From: Craspedostauros australis
Taxonomy: Eukaryota
DNA: 35,610 nucleotides
Direction: 5' to 3'
Assembly (NCBI GenBank): GCA_030167865.1
Contig: JALAGF010003942.1
Span: 1 to 35,610 of the forward strand
A model generated the notes under the pieces. That model had not been told where the DNA came from and did no database searches. It saw only the letters and a list, made by a program, of their open reading frames with translations. Each line of letters opens with the position of its first letter. The first letter of the stretch is position 1. Shown in pieces: positions 11,169-22,638 of this stretch. The position numbers were made by a program, and so were the translations under genes.

Positions 11169-13569
11169 CGTGTTGCTTGTGCCCTCACCCCCTTGGCAAG
11201 GGCTCCGCGACACCGGTTTGGGGCGCTTGTGTGAGGGAATGGACTCCTGCGTTTGAATCTCGCCACTATTGTTCCACACCATGTCCACTCAGGTTCGCAG
11301 GGGCCAAACGTTGTTATGCTCACCCTTGATGACCGTCTATTGATTCGCGGCGTTGTTGGTACTCGATTCAACTCTTCTCTATCGGTATCGAGAACGGGGA
11401 CAAAGTGCCAACCACGAAATTGCGACCGGTACTCCGTCTCTGTGTGTCCGGAACCTCGAGGTACTGCGCTCTAATTGGGCTTCGCTCCGTGTCACAACCA
11501 GAGAGGAGTCGAGTACAATTCTGCTCTGTTCGACAATTAGCCGTCTGGTACCACATCTACGTAGGGTACACACACGCACGAAGACGACCTCGTGCCTTCT
11601 CGCAAGTGCACGAGACATCCCCTGTGTCGATTTGGCGGTCAACGAGAAAACCAAAAAAGGGGCTCGACGTGGCATCAGGTGCCTGTCACGCTGAGCGCTC
11701 CAAGTATTGGTGCGACAACGGAAGAGACATGTGCGACGACAACTGCGACACGACGCTGCAAGATGGAGACGGGCGCTGCGCGAGTTTTTTCCATCCCAGA
11801 CGAAGAACACGCGGTTTGTGCCCTTGCGAATGGTCCGAACTTGGCACGTTTTGATACACCAGGACAAGATTGGCTCCTCGCATTTTGGAGTACCAGTATC
11901 AACGGCGCAAAGAGCCAACGCAACCGCCATCAGCGCGCACTCCCCACGTTTTCTTGTGTGTCTTGTCGACATCCTTGGTTCCCAGCAACAGCCGCGCTGT
12001 GCTACCGAAATCGATGCTGGTTGACACTCCTTGATGACACTGCTAACAACATCAACATCAACAACAACCGTCCACGCCCGCATCCACACCCACAGCAACG
12101 ATCTACTCTATCCATAGACAACAACCATTGCCATCATCATCGTCCACCAAGTCCATCGCGACCGCTGCGCAAGCAAGTAGCAATAACAACAAGCGCGCAA
12201 CGAACCATGCTTCATTGCGGAATTCGCTTTTTGCAATAACATCGCGTGAACCCAACTCCCACAGTGTTTGGAGCCAAACTACCGCAACGTGCCTCGTATT
12301 CTACTTGGTTGGAAGGAGAAACGAAGCTCGTGGCAGAGTGCGGTGAGACACCAACAACAAGCATTCTTGTGACGACGAGAGAGAGACAGCGGGCGAACTG
12401 GAGGGTATTGGTATGGGAGCAGAGTAGAAGACGAGTTCCTCGAAGCAGATTGGACTCCAACCGCCCCTTTCACAATTCGCTGTCGCTGACAGTGTCATTC
12501 CCAGTGTCATCGTCCTCGTCATTGCCGAGGGAAGCGCCGAGGGAAGGCAGAGAAGGAAGGAAAGTTACGGAAAGGCACTCTGAGCACACGAGCACGAAAT
12601 CGCCAAGAACGCAAATAGACCACGCGAGCGTCGCAGCACAAGCCAGCGGAAGAACACGAGACAGAAAGACGCGCGCCATTTCACGACCACAAAAACAACA
12701 TCAGCGCACACACGACCCACGGGTGCCGTACTGCGAGTACTGGTGTAACGTGAAGAGCAGCGGGTTCCAGCTCCCGCTCCAAAGCACAGAATCAGGACAC
12801 GAATACAAGCCCTGGATAACAACAACAACAACACCATCAACGCCGACAACGCGAAGCAGAACGAAGCAACAGGAACGGCTCCAGGAGGCGGCAAAGCAGC
12901 ACAGGACTTGCATACCCAGAGAGCCAACACCCTTTGGCTTTGGCTTTCTCAACTGGGCGGTCCTGCTTGCGCTCTCTCTGGACTCCGCTCCGAGCTCTGC
13001 GGCAACAAAACGATCAACCGAGAGGAATCAAGGAGAGGAACCAAGAGGCGCTCTCTCCGCATTCGTTGCGGTTGTCATCTACGCTGGATTCCGCTGTGAT
13101 TTAATTGCTGCTCCACTTTCTTGCTCTTCGGCCGGTCTGGAGTATCCATCGGCGCCGTGATACACAGCTCGTCCACTATCACACGCTGCGCTGTATTGCC
13201 GGCCTTTCATTTCCGTTACCACCAACAGCGTCAGCCAAGTGGTCAACCAAGCAAGGGAAGACAAAGAAAGAGCGCAAGTGAACGTCAGCGCACCGTACGA
13301 GCTACTCGCACGCACCAACAGCAACGGCACCGAAGACAACCATTCTTCCGCAGACTCTCACAAGCGCTGAAGGACATCAGCCAATCGCAGTTGTGAGTGG
13401 AGAACCGGATTGATCACAATCTTGCCTCCCTTCTCTGCCTCCACCTCTGCCCATCTGTACGAGCACGAGCACGAGCTAAGCAACGGTCCATCTGCCCAAT
13501 CCTGAACGTCAAGGCAACGGAGGTCCGTCCAAGTCAGCCCAAGATCGGACAAGAGCAGAGCTATTCACC

Positions 13570-15972
13570 ATGGCAGGACCAAGAGCACACAGAGGAGGTG
13601 CTGCTGCGAACGCAACTGCAAACGCCACTGCGATTGCCAACAGCATGAATATGAACATGAACACCATGAACATGAACAACTTGGGCATGAACACCATGAA
13701 TATGAACAACTTGGGCATGAACACCATGAATATCAGCGCCAACATCGGTGCCAACATCAATGCTAACGTCAATGCTAACGTCAACGTTGGTGGCAATGTG
13801 ATTCGCAGACAACGCAAACCCAAACAGGTGGGTCGCTTCGATCATCAACGGCAATGCATCGTGGCTGCGCTTGCGGCCCAGACCTCCTCGCTCGTCTCTG
13901 CTTCCTCTTCCTCGGCTCCAAGACCGCCCATGTCCATAGTGGTGGTCCCAAGACGGAATCGCATGCCAAAACCAAAGACCAAGAGGAGGAGAAGGCAAAG
14001 CCAGTGCCAACGACAAAGTCAGGGAAGAGGCTTCTCTCTGTCTCCATCATCGCATGAACAGCAGCTGGGTGCGCAGCTGCAACAGCAACTGCTCCAACAA
14101 CAGACGCCCACCTCGAAGAGAAGGCGAACAGAACCAGGCGCTGCTGCCGGCACTGCCTTTGGTGGCAACCAGGCCTCCCTCCTCATGCTCATGCAACAGC
14201 AGCAACAACAACAAGCTACGCCTGGATCGAACGGCCAGGCCTTGAACGATCTCTCGGCAACAGAAACCACAAGGCCTGTCTACTGCGACATGCTCTATCC
14301 ATGGGACAGAGACTCCGCACTCTATCATGCACAGCAACAGCAACAAGAGAACGACAGCGCTTGCGACGACGACGACGATGATCAAGAAGACAGCGACGGA
14401 GTCAGCGTCCTCACTGGAGATTCGCAGACCTACACATCCACCACTTCCACGCGGTTGCACCACGGCCAATATCAGCACCAACATCCCTTCCATCATGCAG
14501 CTGCTGCCCTTTCGCTCAGGGCTGCCGTCAGCAACAACAACATCGCCAACAACAGCCACCTCCACAGTGGCAGCAACAGCAACCTCAGCCTCGGTGTCAA
14601 CGTCAACGTCAACGTCAATACCGGCAGCCCCACTCTCAGTCTCCTGGGACATCGCAATGCCAGCTTCCAAAGCAACCTCATGATGCAGCAACAACAGCAA
14701 CAACAACAGCTTCTGTCAGCACTCAGACAATCATCCGTGCACCCCCTTGCTCAGTCCCGCCTGCTCAATACCGACCGGTTGGCAATGGCGGCAACGAACA
14801 TTCCTGGCATTGGTGCGGCCGTCCCTGGAGGCATTGCTGCAGGCATTGGCAGTGGCGATGAAGCCAGGACCCCCATGGCATCATCCATCACAGCTGCTGC
14901 GGCCATGCTCTCCAACAGCACTCACAACAACAACAATAACAACAATGGCATTGGAAATGTCAACAACCTCAGTGCCTTCATGCCCCACACGCAGACGCAT
15001 TCACATTCACAACTGCAGCAGCTGCTTCAGGGTCAGTCTCTTGGCCATGCGGTCGCCGGTGGTCTGCACCCCATCACTCCGGCCGCCGCGGCAGCCTCGG
15101 TGGTCACACCATCATCAACGGCGCTTCATCCGCATCATCGCTCTCAGCTGCATCTGCAGGCAACAGCCGGCTTCGACGCAGCAGCGTTGTTCGGCCAGCA
15201 ACAGGGCTTTGCTCAGAATCGGGCGCAGCTTCAGCGCTCGCTTGCCTCGTCCAACCCCATCGCCGGTCTCCAGCCGCAGACGAACAGAGTGTCGGCCACC
15301 TCCCCCAGCTTTGATCAGATCCAGCAGTCAGATCTCTCCTCCCTTCTGCAACTCCAACAGCAACAACAACTGCAAGGCCACCAGCCGGCTGCGCAACCGT
15401 TCTCCGATCGGCAGGCCTTGTTGACTTCGCCTGCCTTGTTCCAGTCACCGCCATCCACCAAGGCGATCGCTTCCACAGTTGCCGCGGCCCCGTCGTCGAC
15501 CATGGGCTGCCTGGACAACCAGCACAATGGACTCATGGACCGCACACAGCTCCTAGCCGCCGCAATAAAGCACCAGCAGCGGCAAACGCCAACGCCAACG
15601 CCAATGCGAGGCGCGCAGAGGAAGCAAGGCGACATGGCTGCGCAGCAAGAATCGCTCCTTACTTCTCTGCAAATGGGAGGCATGGGCGCGAGCTTTGGTA
15701 GTGACCTCCTACCACCGCAACAACAACAACAGGCGTCATGTGATGAGCAACAACGCCAACAACTCCTCGGCATGCACATGAACGGAAACCAAAGCTTCAA
15801 CAATAGCATGAACACAAGCATGAACACGCTCCTGCAATCCAACAGCACTGGGTCCTTCCTGGTATCTCAACAACAACAACAGCAATTGCGTCAGCAGGAT
15901 ACCTTGGCGCTCCTTGGGCAACTCCAAAGCAGCAGCAACCACACATTCAACCACAACGCGCTGCAGATGTAA
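13570..15972 (+). CDS. Q/N/A/S-rich low-complexity (prion-like, intrinsically disordered) protein with basic NLS-like motifs
   Basis: 800-aa ORF, start CACCATGG. Many poly-Q tracts, MNTMNMNNLG repeats, PRRNRMPKPKTKRRRR and SKRRR. No folded domain recognised. Confidence 0.8.
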   Translation: MAGPRAHRGGAAANATANATAIANSMNMNMNTMNMNNLGMNTMNMNNLGMNTMNISANIGANINANVNANVNVGGNVIRRQRKPKQVGRFDHQRQCIVAALAAQTSSLVSASSSSAPRPPMSIVVVPRRNRMPKPKTKRRRRQSQCQRQSQGRGFSLSPSSHEQQLGAQLQQQLLQQQTPTSKRRRTEPGAAAGTAFGGNQASLLMLMQQQQQQQATPGSNGQALNDLSATETTRPVYCDMLYPWDRDSALYHAQQQQQENDSACDDDDDDQEDSDGVSVLTGDSQTYTSTTSTRLHHGQYQHQHPFHHAAAALSLRAAVSNNNIANNSHLHSGSNSNLSLGVNVNVNVNTGSPTLSLLGHRNASFQSNLMMQQQQQQQQLLSALRQSSVHPLAQSRLLNTDRLAMAATNIPGIGAAVPGGIAAGIGSGDEARTPMASSITAAAAMLSNSTHNNNNNNNGIGNVNNLSAFMPHTQTHSHSQLQQLLQGQSLGHAVAGGLHPITPAAAAASVVTPSSTALHPHHRSQLHLQATAGFDAAALFGQQQGFAQNRAQLQRSLASSNPIAGLQPQTNRVSATSPSFDQIQQSDLSSLLQLQQQQQLQGHQPAAQPFSDRQALLTSPALFQSPPSTKAIASTVAAAPSSTMGCLDNQHNGLMDRTQLLAAAIKHQQRQTPTPTPMRGAQRKQGDMAAQQESLLTSLQMGGMGASFGSDLLPPQQQQQASCDEQQRQQLLGMHMNGNQSFNNSMNTSMNTLLQSNSTGSFLVSQQQQQQLRQQDTLALLGQLQSSSNHTFNHNALQM
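13657..13733 (+). repeat. 30-bp coding tandem repeat (ATGAACACCATGAAYATGAACAACTTGGGC, ~2.5 copies) encoding MNTMNMNNLG
   Basis: Copies at 13657, 13687 and 13717. Confidence 0.9.
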
Positions 15973-16388
15973 AAACAGTTTTACAGGCTGCAAAACCGCG
16001 TCTAAATACGAGCACAACAGTTTGCACTTTCTTTCAGTCTCATCACATGCCTCAGCTATCGCCATGCACTGTACCCGCACGCGTATTCGTGGGAGAGTAA
16101 CGTCTCCATCGTGCCACGCTGTATTGGGAGTAGAGCAATCCACAGAGTAGGGGACTATACTCATGCTCGTACAGCAATGTTGCGCTCCAATAGTCACACT
16201 ATCCGTGGTTTACCAAGCGACAGCAGGAATATTGTCCAGTTGTCCGTACCTATGCACGCACAAACACACCCAAGGATCCTCGGCTATGCTCATTGTCGAT
16301 CAAAACGGGTCCTAAATCACCTCCCTGATTATTGAAGGTGTAGAGAAGAGTCTAATGATTGGAAAGAAGGAAAACTGCCCTTGCGCTT

Positions 16389-18584
16389 CTACGTCTGCGT
16401 CTCGGACTGGACAGACTCTCGCTCCTCGATATACTTCTGCAAGTAGCTCACGCTCTCCTTCCCTTTCGCTGTCAGGTACATATCCTGCGCATGCTGCACG
16501 GCGTGCTGCAATCGTTGCGTCAGTGCCGCGTCACCAGAGGATGGTGTATCCTCGTCTTGCGACGACGCAAGCAAACAATTCTGCAGTGCCTGGCCGTACA
16601 ACGCGCAGCAGGCTTCCGATTGCACGTGGATCGAGTTGCTGCAGCATTCCATGACCTCCAGCATGGCCTCGACGCCGCCCTTCTCCTGGATCATGGCCTT
16701 GTTGCCCATGTTGTGCAGGATGCTGCAGCAGGTCGCCTGCAGGTCATGATCGTCATTGGGGAAGCTCTGCATGGTGTCCAGCACGATGCCGATCCCGTTG
16801 TATTTGGATATGATGACCTTGTAGTACGCATCCACCGCCCACGCCGACAGCAGGTGGCATTCGCGCAGAGGTGGGACGGTCGCAATTATTTCATGCCGCT
16901 GTCCGGAGTCCCCGCCGAAACTGTCTCCGTCGTCGTCGCTGTGATTGCTGGTGGTACCATGATTATGGATATGAGCGTCGCTTCGCATCTGATCGCAACG
17001 ACGCTGCAAGACGTTGAGGGCGGACTTGACGGCGGATGCGTTGGATCGCTGCGCCATCTGCACGACGCAAGTGGCGTTGCTGCCTCCAGCATTGTTGCTG
17101 GCGTTGCTGTTGTCATTCATGGATGCGGTGCTTGCGTTGCCGGCAATGTAGCTGGAGGATGAGAACACGCTGGAGGTGACAGAGGCAAAGCTGTCGATCG
17201 AATTATTGGTGCGGTAGAGCGAGGTGGTGCCCTTCGTCGGTTGCGTGTAACATGCCTGCCCCGCGGTTGCCGTTGGCGATGATCGATGATCGCTTTCGTC
17301 GCTGTCTGCGATGCTGCTGTTTCCGCTGCGAGTGCTGATACTGATGCTGCTGCTCATGCCGCTACCGCTGCGGACGTGGCCGCCACCCTCCGAGGATCGC
17401 CTGGCCAAAGGCGCCGTGTAGCTGCAATAACTCCCCTGGCTGCTGTTGCTGTTGGTGCTGATCTTGTTGCCAAGCCTCCCATGATAATGATGGCCGTTCG
17501 TGATGGCCACCTTGGGGAATGAAGAATTGACATTGTTTGGTGCCGTGGAAGAGGAATGGTCGGATGTTGTGGTGTGGGCGCCGCTGCGCAAGCTGTTGGA
17601 GGACGACTTGATCTTGGCAGCCAGCATGGTCAAGGACGGTGGTCGCTTGAGGTGCGCTGATTGACCGCGACTTGAGGTGATGGTGGTGGGAGGTTGGTGC
17701 TGCTGGTTATGCTGCTGATGCCTCTGCTGGTAGTAGGAGAAGAACTGCTGCGTGCGCGGCTGGTGCAAGCTCTGGCTCAGGGGATCCGCCGCGGAAGATC
17801 GCGGGGTGGCGCTGGATTGCGAGCGTTTGGGAACATGAGAACGTGGATGTCCCATCTTCTTGGAGAAGGATGGGGAGGATCCAACACGCGACATGAGGTG
17901 AAGCGATGGCTGCGAGGAGACTCTGCCATGCGATCTGAAAGTGGAAAAGCCGTGCGTATTGGGAGGTGTCGTGGAGTGGGAGGCAGTCTGCGCATTCGAT
18001 GCCGACTTGTGGATGGGCAGGATTGCGTGCGGCCGAGCAGGGTTCGACAACGAGGAAGGCGATCGCGTAGACGTTGGTGTGGGAAGGTTCCTGGTATCGA
18101 TGGGTGCTGGTATTCTGGATGCCAGCCTGGACATGGACGCTGATGTTGGAATAGCTGTGGTCAGAACTTCCCGGGTGGATGCCGTCGTTGCCGCACATGT
18201 TGGTGATGATGTTGTTGTTGTTGTTGCTGCCTCCAATGGCGAGACTTGCGCTCTGGAGGACGACCTGGACTTTGACTTTGTCTTTGGCTTCGAGTTGGAC
18301 GTGGATCTGGAGGATGACTTGTTCCTGGAAACCGAAAGATGTGAGGGTGCAGTGAGAATGGATTTGAGACGTTCCGTCGACGACTGCGAGAGTCGCTTGC
18401 GCGGTTGCAACAGCTTGGGACCCAGGTCCACAAAGGAAGGTGTAGAGGATGGCCCACGACGGAGCCTGCTATCAAGCGACCCATTGGGATTGCCGCCGTC
18501 ATCCAACAGATATGATTGTTGCAGCGAAAGCATCGCTGGTGATAGGACTGGCTCTTCAGCGCAGGGTTTCTGCATGATGACCAT
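16389..18584 (-). CDS. Ser-rich disordered protein with C-terminal armadillo (ARM)-like repeat region
   Basis: First in-frame ATG is at 18584 (the track's TTG at 18590 follows a TAA). The C-terminus GIGIVLDTMQSFPNDDHDLQATCCSILHNM...IQEKGGVEAMLEVMECCSNSIHVQSEACCAL is a typical ARM-type helical repeat pattern. Confidence 0.8.
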   Translation of the reverse strand: MVIMQKPCAEEPVLSPAMLSLQQSYLLDDGGNPNGSLDSRLRRGPSSTPSFVDLGPKLLQPRKRLSQSSTERLKSILTAPSHLSVSRNKSSSRSTSNSKPKTKSKSRSSSRAQVSPLEAATTTTTSSPTCAATTASTREVLTTAIPTSASMSRLASRIPAPIDTRNLPTPTSTRSPSSLSNPARPHAILPIHKSASNAQTASHSTTPPNTHGFSTFRSHGRVSSQPSLHLMSRVGSSPSFSKKMGHPRSHVPKRSQSSATPRSSAADPLSQSLHQPRTQQFFSYYQQRHQQHNQQHQPPTTITSSRGQSAHLKRPPSLTMLAAKIKSSSNSLRSGAHTTTSDHSSSTAPNNVNSSFPKVAITNGHHYHGRLGNKISTNSNSSQGSYCSYTAPLARRSSEGGGHVRSGSGMSSSISISTRSGNSSIADSDESDHRSSPTATAGQACYTQPTKGTTSLYRTNNSIDSFASVTSSVFSSSSYIAGNASTASMNDNSNASNNAGGSNATCVVQMAQRSNASAVKSALNVLQRRCDQMRSDAHIHNHGTTSNHSDDDGDSFGGDSGQRHEIIATVPPLRECHLLSAWAVDAYYKVIISKYNGIGIVLDTMQSFPNDDHDLQATCCSILHNMGNKAMIQEKGGVEAMLEVMECCSNSIHVQSEACCALYGQALQNCLLASSQDEDTPSSGDAALTQRLQHAVQHAQDMYLTAKGKESVSYLQKYIEERESVQSETQT

Positions 18585-18603
18585 GCACAATTATAATGCA
18601 ATC

Positions 18604-19025
18604 CTATTCGTATTCAGTTGAGTTCAGTTGAGTCAAGTCGAGCAGGCAGTATTTGTAGAGAGTAGAGGGATGCTGTGGCGGAAGATGGTATAGTATCGTG
18701 TGGTAGAGTAGATACATGTATGACATGATGTTTCGTTGGATGGCATGACCCAGTCGACGCAAAGAAGAAGAGATGCAAGGATGGGCGATGTCAGCAAAGG
18801 TGATGGATCGTCATGGATGGTAATGGAGAGCAATGAATGGGCATACAATACTTGGAGACCTGAATGATGTGCACAATGATGGTGTTGTGCTTTCGCATGG
18901 CTGGGTACGAGCTATGCATTGCTTTGTGTTGGACAAGCGTTCTGCATACACTTGCACATGAACCGCCGATGGCGCTGCCTGCCGTGGCTCGTGCGAGTAT
19001 GGGGGCAACCATGGGCTTGACTTAC
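18604..19025 (-). other. Possible 5'UTR intron of the ARM-like gene
   Basis: Consensus donor G|GTAAGT at 19025, CTCAAC branch-like repeats and TAG| acceptor at 18604, 20 nt before the ATG. Confidence 0.4.
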
Positions 19026-20296
19026 CGTCGTTGTTCTTATGATTGCGTCTACGATTGCGTCTGCGATGATGGAGTTTCGCAATACCAGGATTGTTCGGCC
19101 GGACTCGGATGGAACTGACCGAGATTGTGGCTGCTGATCGCTGGAGGCAGATTGCTGCCTTGGTGTGTGGTGGAATAGTCGTACGAGCTGGTATAGTACG
19201 ACTAGTACTGATACTCGTACAACTAACACGACAACAACGATTCCAAAGCAGGACGACCCTTGCGTGCGAGGATGGCACTTTGCAGGTACTGCTATTGTGC
19301 TTCAACAGTGATACTCGCCTCCAGGGTTTGCGTTTGCCTTGGGCGTTGCAATCGGTCGCTCTGTCTTTGTCACTGCTGTCGCTACCGCCTTTGTCACCAA
19401 TTTTGTCACCAACTTTATCACTGCTTGTTCGGCCGCTCCTTCTTGTTTCTGTTCCACCAGGGGTCTTTCCAGGCTGTTGCCGCCGGGCACCGATGTCGAG
19501 ACGAAATGCTTCGCTTGACTCTGTCGCAATGTTTACACGTACGTCGTGCTCTACACGTAATAGCGTTGATCGCGCTCTATCTTTTCTTGCCTGCCGAATT
19601 GCTTGATGGCTTGTCTCCCTCCAACGACCTCCGCAACGGTTTCGCTTCGTCGTTCTTGTTGATGCAGATACTGATTCAGATACTGATGCAAATGAAGATG
19701 CAAATGAAGATGAAGATGACGATGATGCGGTCCTCTGGTACCGATCAGGAGAGGGAATGGCAGTGTCGGCAGGTGTGTGTGATGAACTGCGGGTACGACC
19801 AATGGAGGAGAACAACGGCGCGACGCAATCCAAAGGAGTGGTTCCCTTGTGTCTGCGACATCGGAAAACAAGCAAGAAGGTGCCATCCCAACGCCACCAT
19901 CCACCGCACACACAGACAGCAACCACACCGCTCACAACACACGTTACGCGCCGAACAACACAACAACGCACAAGAGTCATCCTTGTTGGAGACAGAACAC
20001 GCGCAGCCGCGCCAAGTCACAAAAGTCCCTCGGATCGGACAAACTTCACTTTCAACTTCAAGCGACATCACTTAACTCCGCGCAATATCATTGGTTCGGA
20101 TGTTGCAGGTAGAACTCCGATGAATGCCCAATAACGCCGACTTCCAAGTGGTCACGATTCGCCTTTCGGCGCGTGGGAACAAACATCTTTCGTTCGAAGT
20201 ACCGCTCACATTGTCTACCACGAATTAGTCCAGAGAGATGGAGACAGCATTCAGGGTCTCGTTTTTCCACGTTGTTCGCGTTGTTGCCCATGTCCG

Positions 20297-20328
20297 TGGA
20301 GATTGGAGATTGGAGATTGGAGATTGGA
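20297..20328. repeat. (TGGAGAT)4.5 heptamer repeat
   Basis: Read directly. Confidence 0.9.
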
Positions 20329-20982
20329 ATGGGCATCTTGACGAGATTGCTCTTTGTCGTGGACTATGATCTACTCTCTCTCACCCAGTACTCTGCAAGC
20401 GATGCAGAGCGTGTCAGGAGTCGGCACAGCGCTCTATCCGGGAGACTTGCAGATGGCTCGGCGCTGATCTCTTCAGCCACAGCTCGCAGCTATTTGCAAG
20501 TATGACGACCTATACACGGTCTATGTTATACTCTGCTCACTTAATCGGTTTCGTGTAGCTCACATGTACGATCTATGGTATGACTTGAAGAGCTGTGTCC
20601 TATTGCTCCGAGGTGAGTTGGTTGATTTCGCATGCTGCGTCGCCTGTAGAAAAAAACAAAGGATCGTCATTTCGCCGCAGCGTGTTCTTCGCATTCCTTT
20701 CACGATCAAAGGTTGGCATGTTCTGTGTCGGAGGATGCCATGGAGGACAGCATTCGCAGATCGCCACGAGCAACATCCATGGTCGTAGCTCTTGTGGCAG
20801 AGCAGAGGACTTCAAGTTGCGGACTCGTAGTCGTACCAATAGATTGTACCTGCGGATGTGCGCTGCTCGTCGATCGTGGTGCTGTTTGTGGTCGATTCAT
20901 ACACGTAACTGCCGTTGTTTTGCGCGTGTGTTGTTCTTCCCCATCACTCGCTCATCGTCTCACTCATTGCTTCAATCCGACT

Positions 20983-21906
20983 TCAACACACGGTCGCAGC
21001 ATGCAGCTCCTTTGCGCTCGCGTTGCGCTGGTGCGACGCCATCTTCTTCTTGCAGGCGGCCTTGCCTTGCCTCCAGCACGATTTCATCTTGCGGTTTGCG
21101 CGCTTTGCGTGATGGGTGCTGGCCGACACCACAATTCCCGCCATCAATGCGGATTGATCGCGTCCCTTCATCTTCCATTCCTTCCATTTCTGCTTGCGGG
21201 TGTCATCCATTTCGGGGCGAGCGCTGTTGGTAGCCTCGGAATCGCGTGCCGAACGAGAGACCGGCACAGCGGTATCGATGGTCCTCTCGGTCTCCGTGTC
21301 GCTGCGATCGGCGGCTCGCTTGGAATCCGCCCTCTGCTTCAATGCGGCCTTGCCTTTATTGTGGATGAATTTGCCAGTGTCCCTGGCGACGATGCCACAC
21401 CAGCACATGCCCCAATGAACCCAGCGCGTGGTGCGTCTGCATCGATGTTGCATTTTGCGTCGGCCGTCGTTCGCCGCCGAATCCTGGACATCGTTGTTGG
21501 CGCCGTTGTGATCAGCGGTGGGGGCGCTGAGACCGTACGGTCTGCGAAGATGGCTCATCTGCTCCAAAGTCGGCATGGGTGGTGACCGTGGCAACACGGT
21601 AGCGGATGGCGATGCTCCAGTTGGTGTCACCGGTGTTGCATATGCCTCCATGGGCGCGCTTGGTTGTGGTGGCGGCGAGGGTGCGACGAACACATCGTCG
21701 TATGCCGGCACGTCAACCCATCCGCCATTATCGCCGCCGACGTTTGCATTGTTCGCGCGATTGTCGTCGCTGTTGCTGGCGCCTTCGTAGCAGCGGCCGA
21801 CGACGATGGGCACATCATGCTCGAAGGAATCCGACTGGGGCATCTGCGGCGCATCGTCGTTGCGATCATCCGTGTCAAGGAATACAATTTTGTTCTCAGT
21901 CAACAT
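20983..21906 (-). CDS. Hypothetical protein, acidic/Pro-rich N-half and basic helical C-half
   Basis: 307-aa ORF with CACCATG start, preceded by a CAA-rich 5'UTR-like tract. Confidence 0.7.
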   Translation of the reverse strand: MLTENKIVFLDTDDRNDDAPQMPQSDSFEHDVPIVVGRCYEGASNSDDNRANNANVGGDNGGWVDVPAYDDVFVAPSPPPQPSAPMEAYATPVTPTGASPSATVLPRSPPMPTLEQMSHLRRPYGLSAPTADHNGANNDVQDSAANDGRRKMQHRCRRTTRWVHWGMCWCGIVARDTGKFIHNKGKAALKQRADSKRAADRSDTETERTIDTAVPVSRSARDSEATNSARPEMDDTRKQKWKEWKMKGRDQSALMAGIVVSASTHHAKRANRKMKSCWRQGKAACKKKMASHQRNASAKELHAATVC

Positions 21907-22638
21907 GGTGTGCTGTTACTTGATTGCTTGGTGCTATTGTGGCTGTTGCATTTGTTGCGATTCTGCTTTTATGAGTATTGTTGTCAATGAACTGGTTGCT
22001 GGTTTGGTTGTTGTTGCTCCCACCAAGAAGATGTCGGCAGCAAAACGTTGATTTTGTGAGACGATGGCAGTCAGATTGATGGGGGTTTAGTCACGTTTGC
22101 GCCGCGCCACGATTTGATCGAGAACAATCACGATGTTCGATGGCGACTCGTGCTTCATGATTGATTGGGTTCGCGGATCCAGTTCTACTTGTGCGGAAAG
22201 AGCCACGACAAATGCCCCTTCCTTGTTGCAATACTCACATCAATACCTCGGTTCGTCTTAGAGCGTGCTCGTACGAGTAAACCTGCCAGTTCTTGTGGAA
22301 TGGAAATGAGATCGAACCAGACCGGATGATGTGAAGGTGGTCGTTCGAGACGCAACGTCTGCATTCGTTTCCTGACGCCATTTGGCACGAATAAGGATGG
22401 ATGATGCCGTTTCGGCAGCTCGAATGCAAGTTGAAACAGGTGAACAACCACAACCAGAAGTGGTCAGGCATCCAAGCAACGAGAGCTATGCGATCAAAGA
22501 AGAGTACTGGGAAAAGATGGGCGCACACGCTGAACACTATTCACAAGTGCCTCCCACAAGTAAACCGTCGATGTGGACAGGACTAGATTAGAATAGACTA
22601 GAGTTGAGCACAGCACTCAAGGACTTCACTCTGCAATC

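Noticed and set aside
12246-13160. 304-aa ORF upstream of the Q/N-rich gene
   Set aside because: GTG start, no in-frame ATG, no domain; more likely leader sequence.
18811-19980. 389-aa ORF
   Set aside because: Composition is not protein-like, it crosses a strong splice donor and reads like UTR/promoter sequence.
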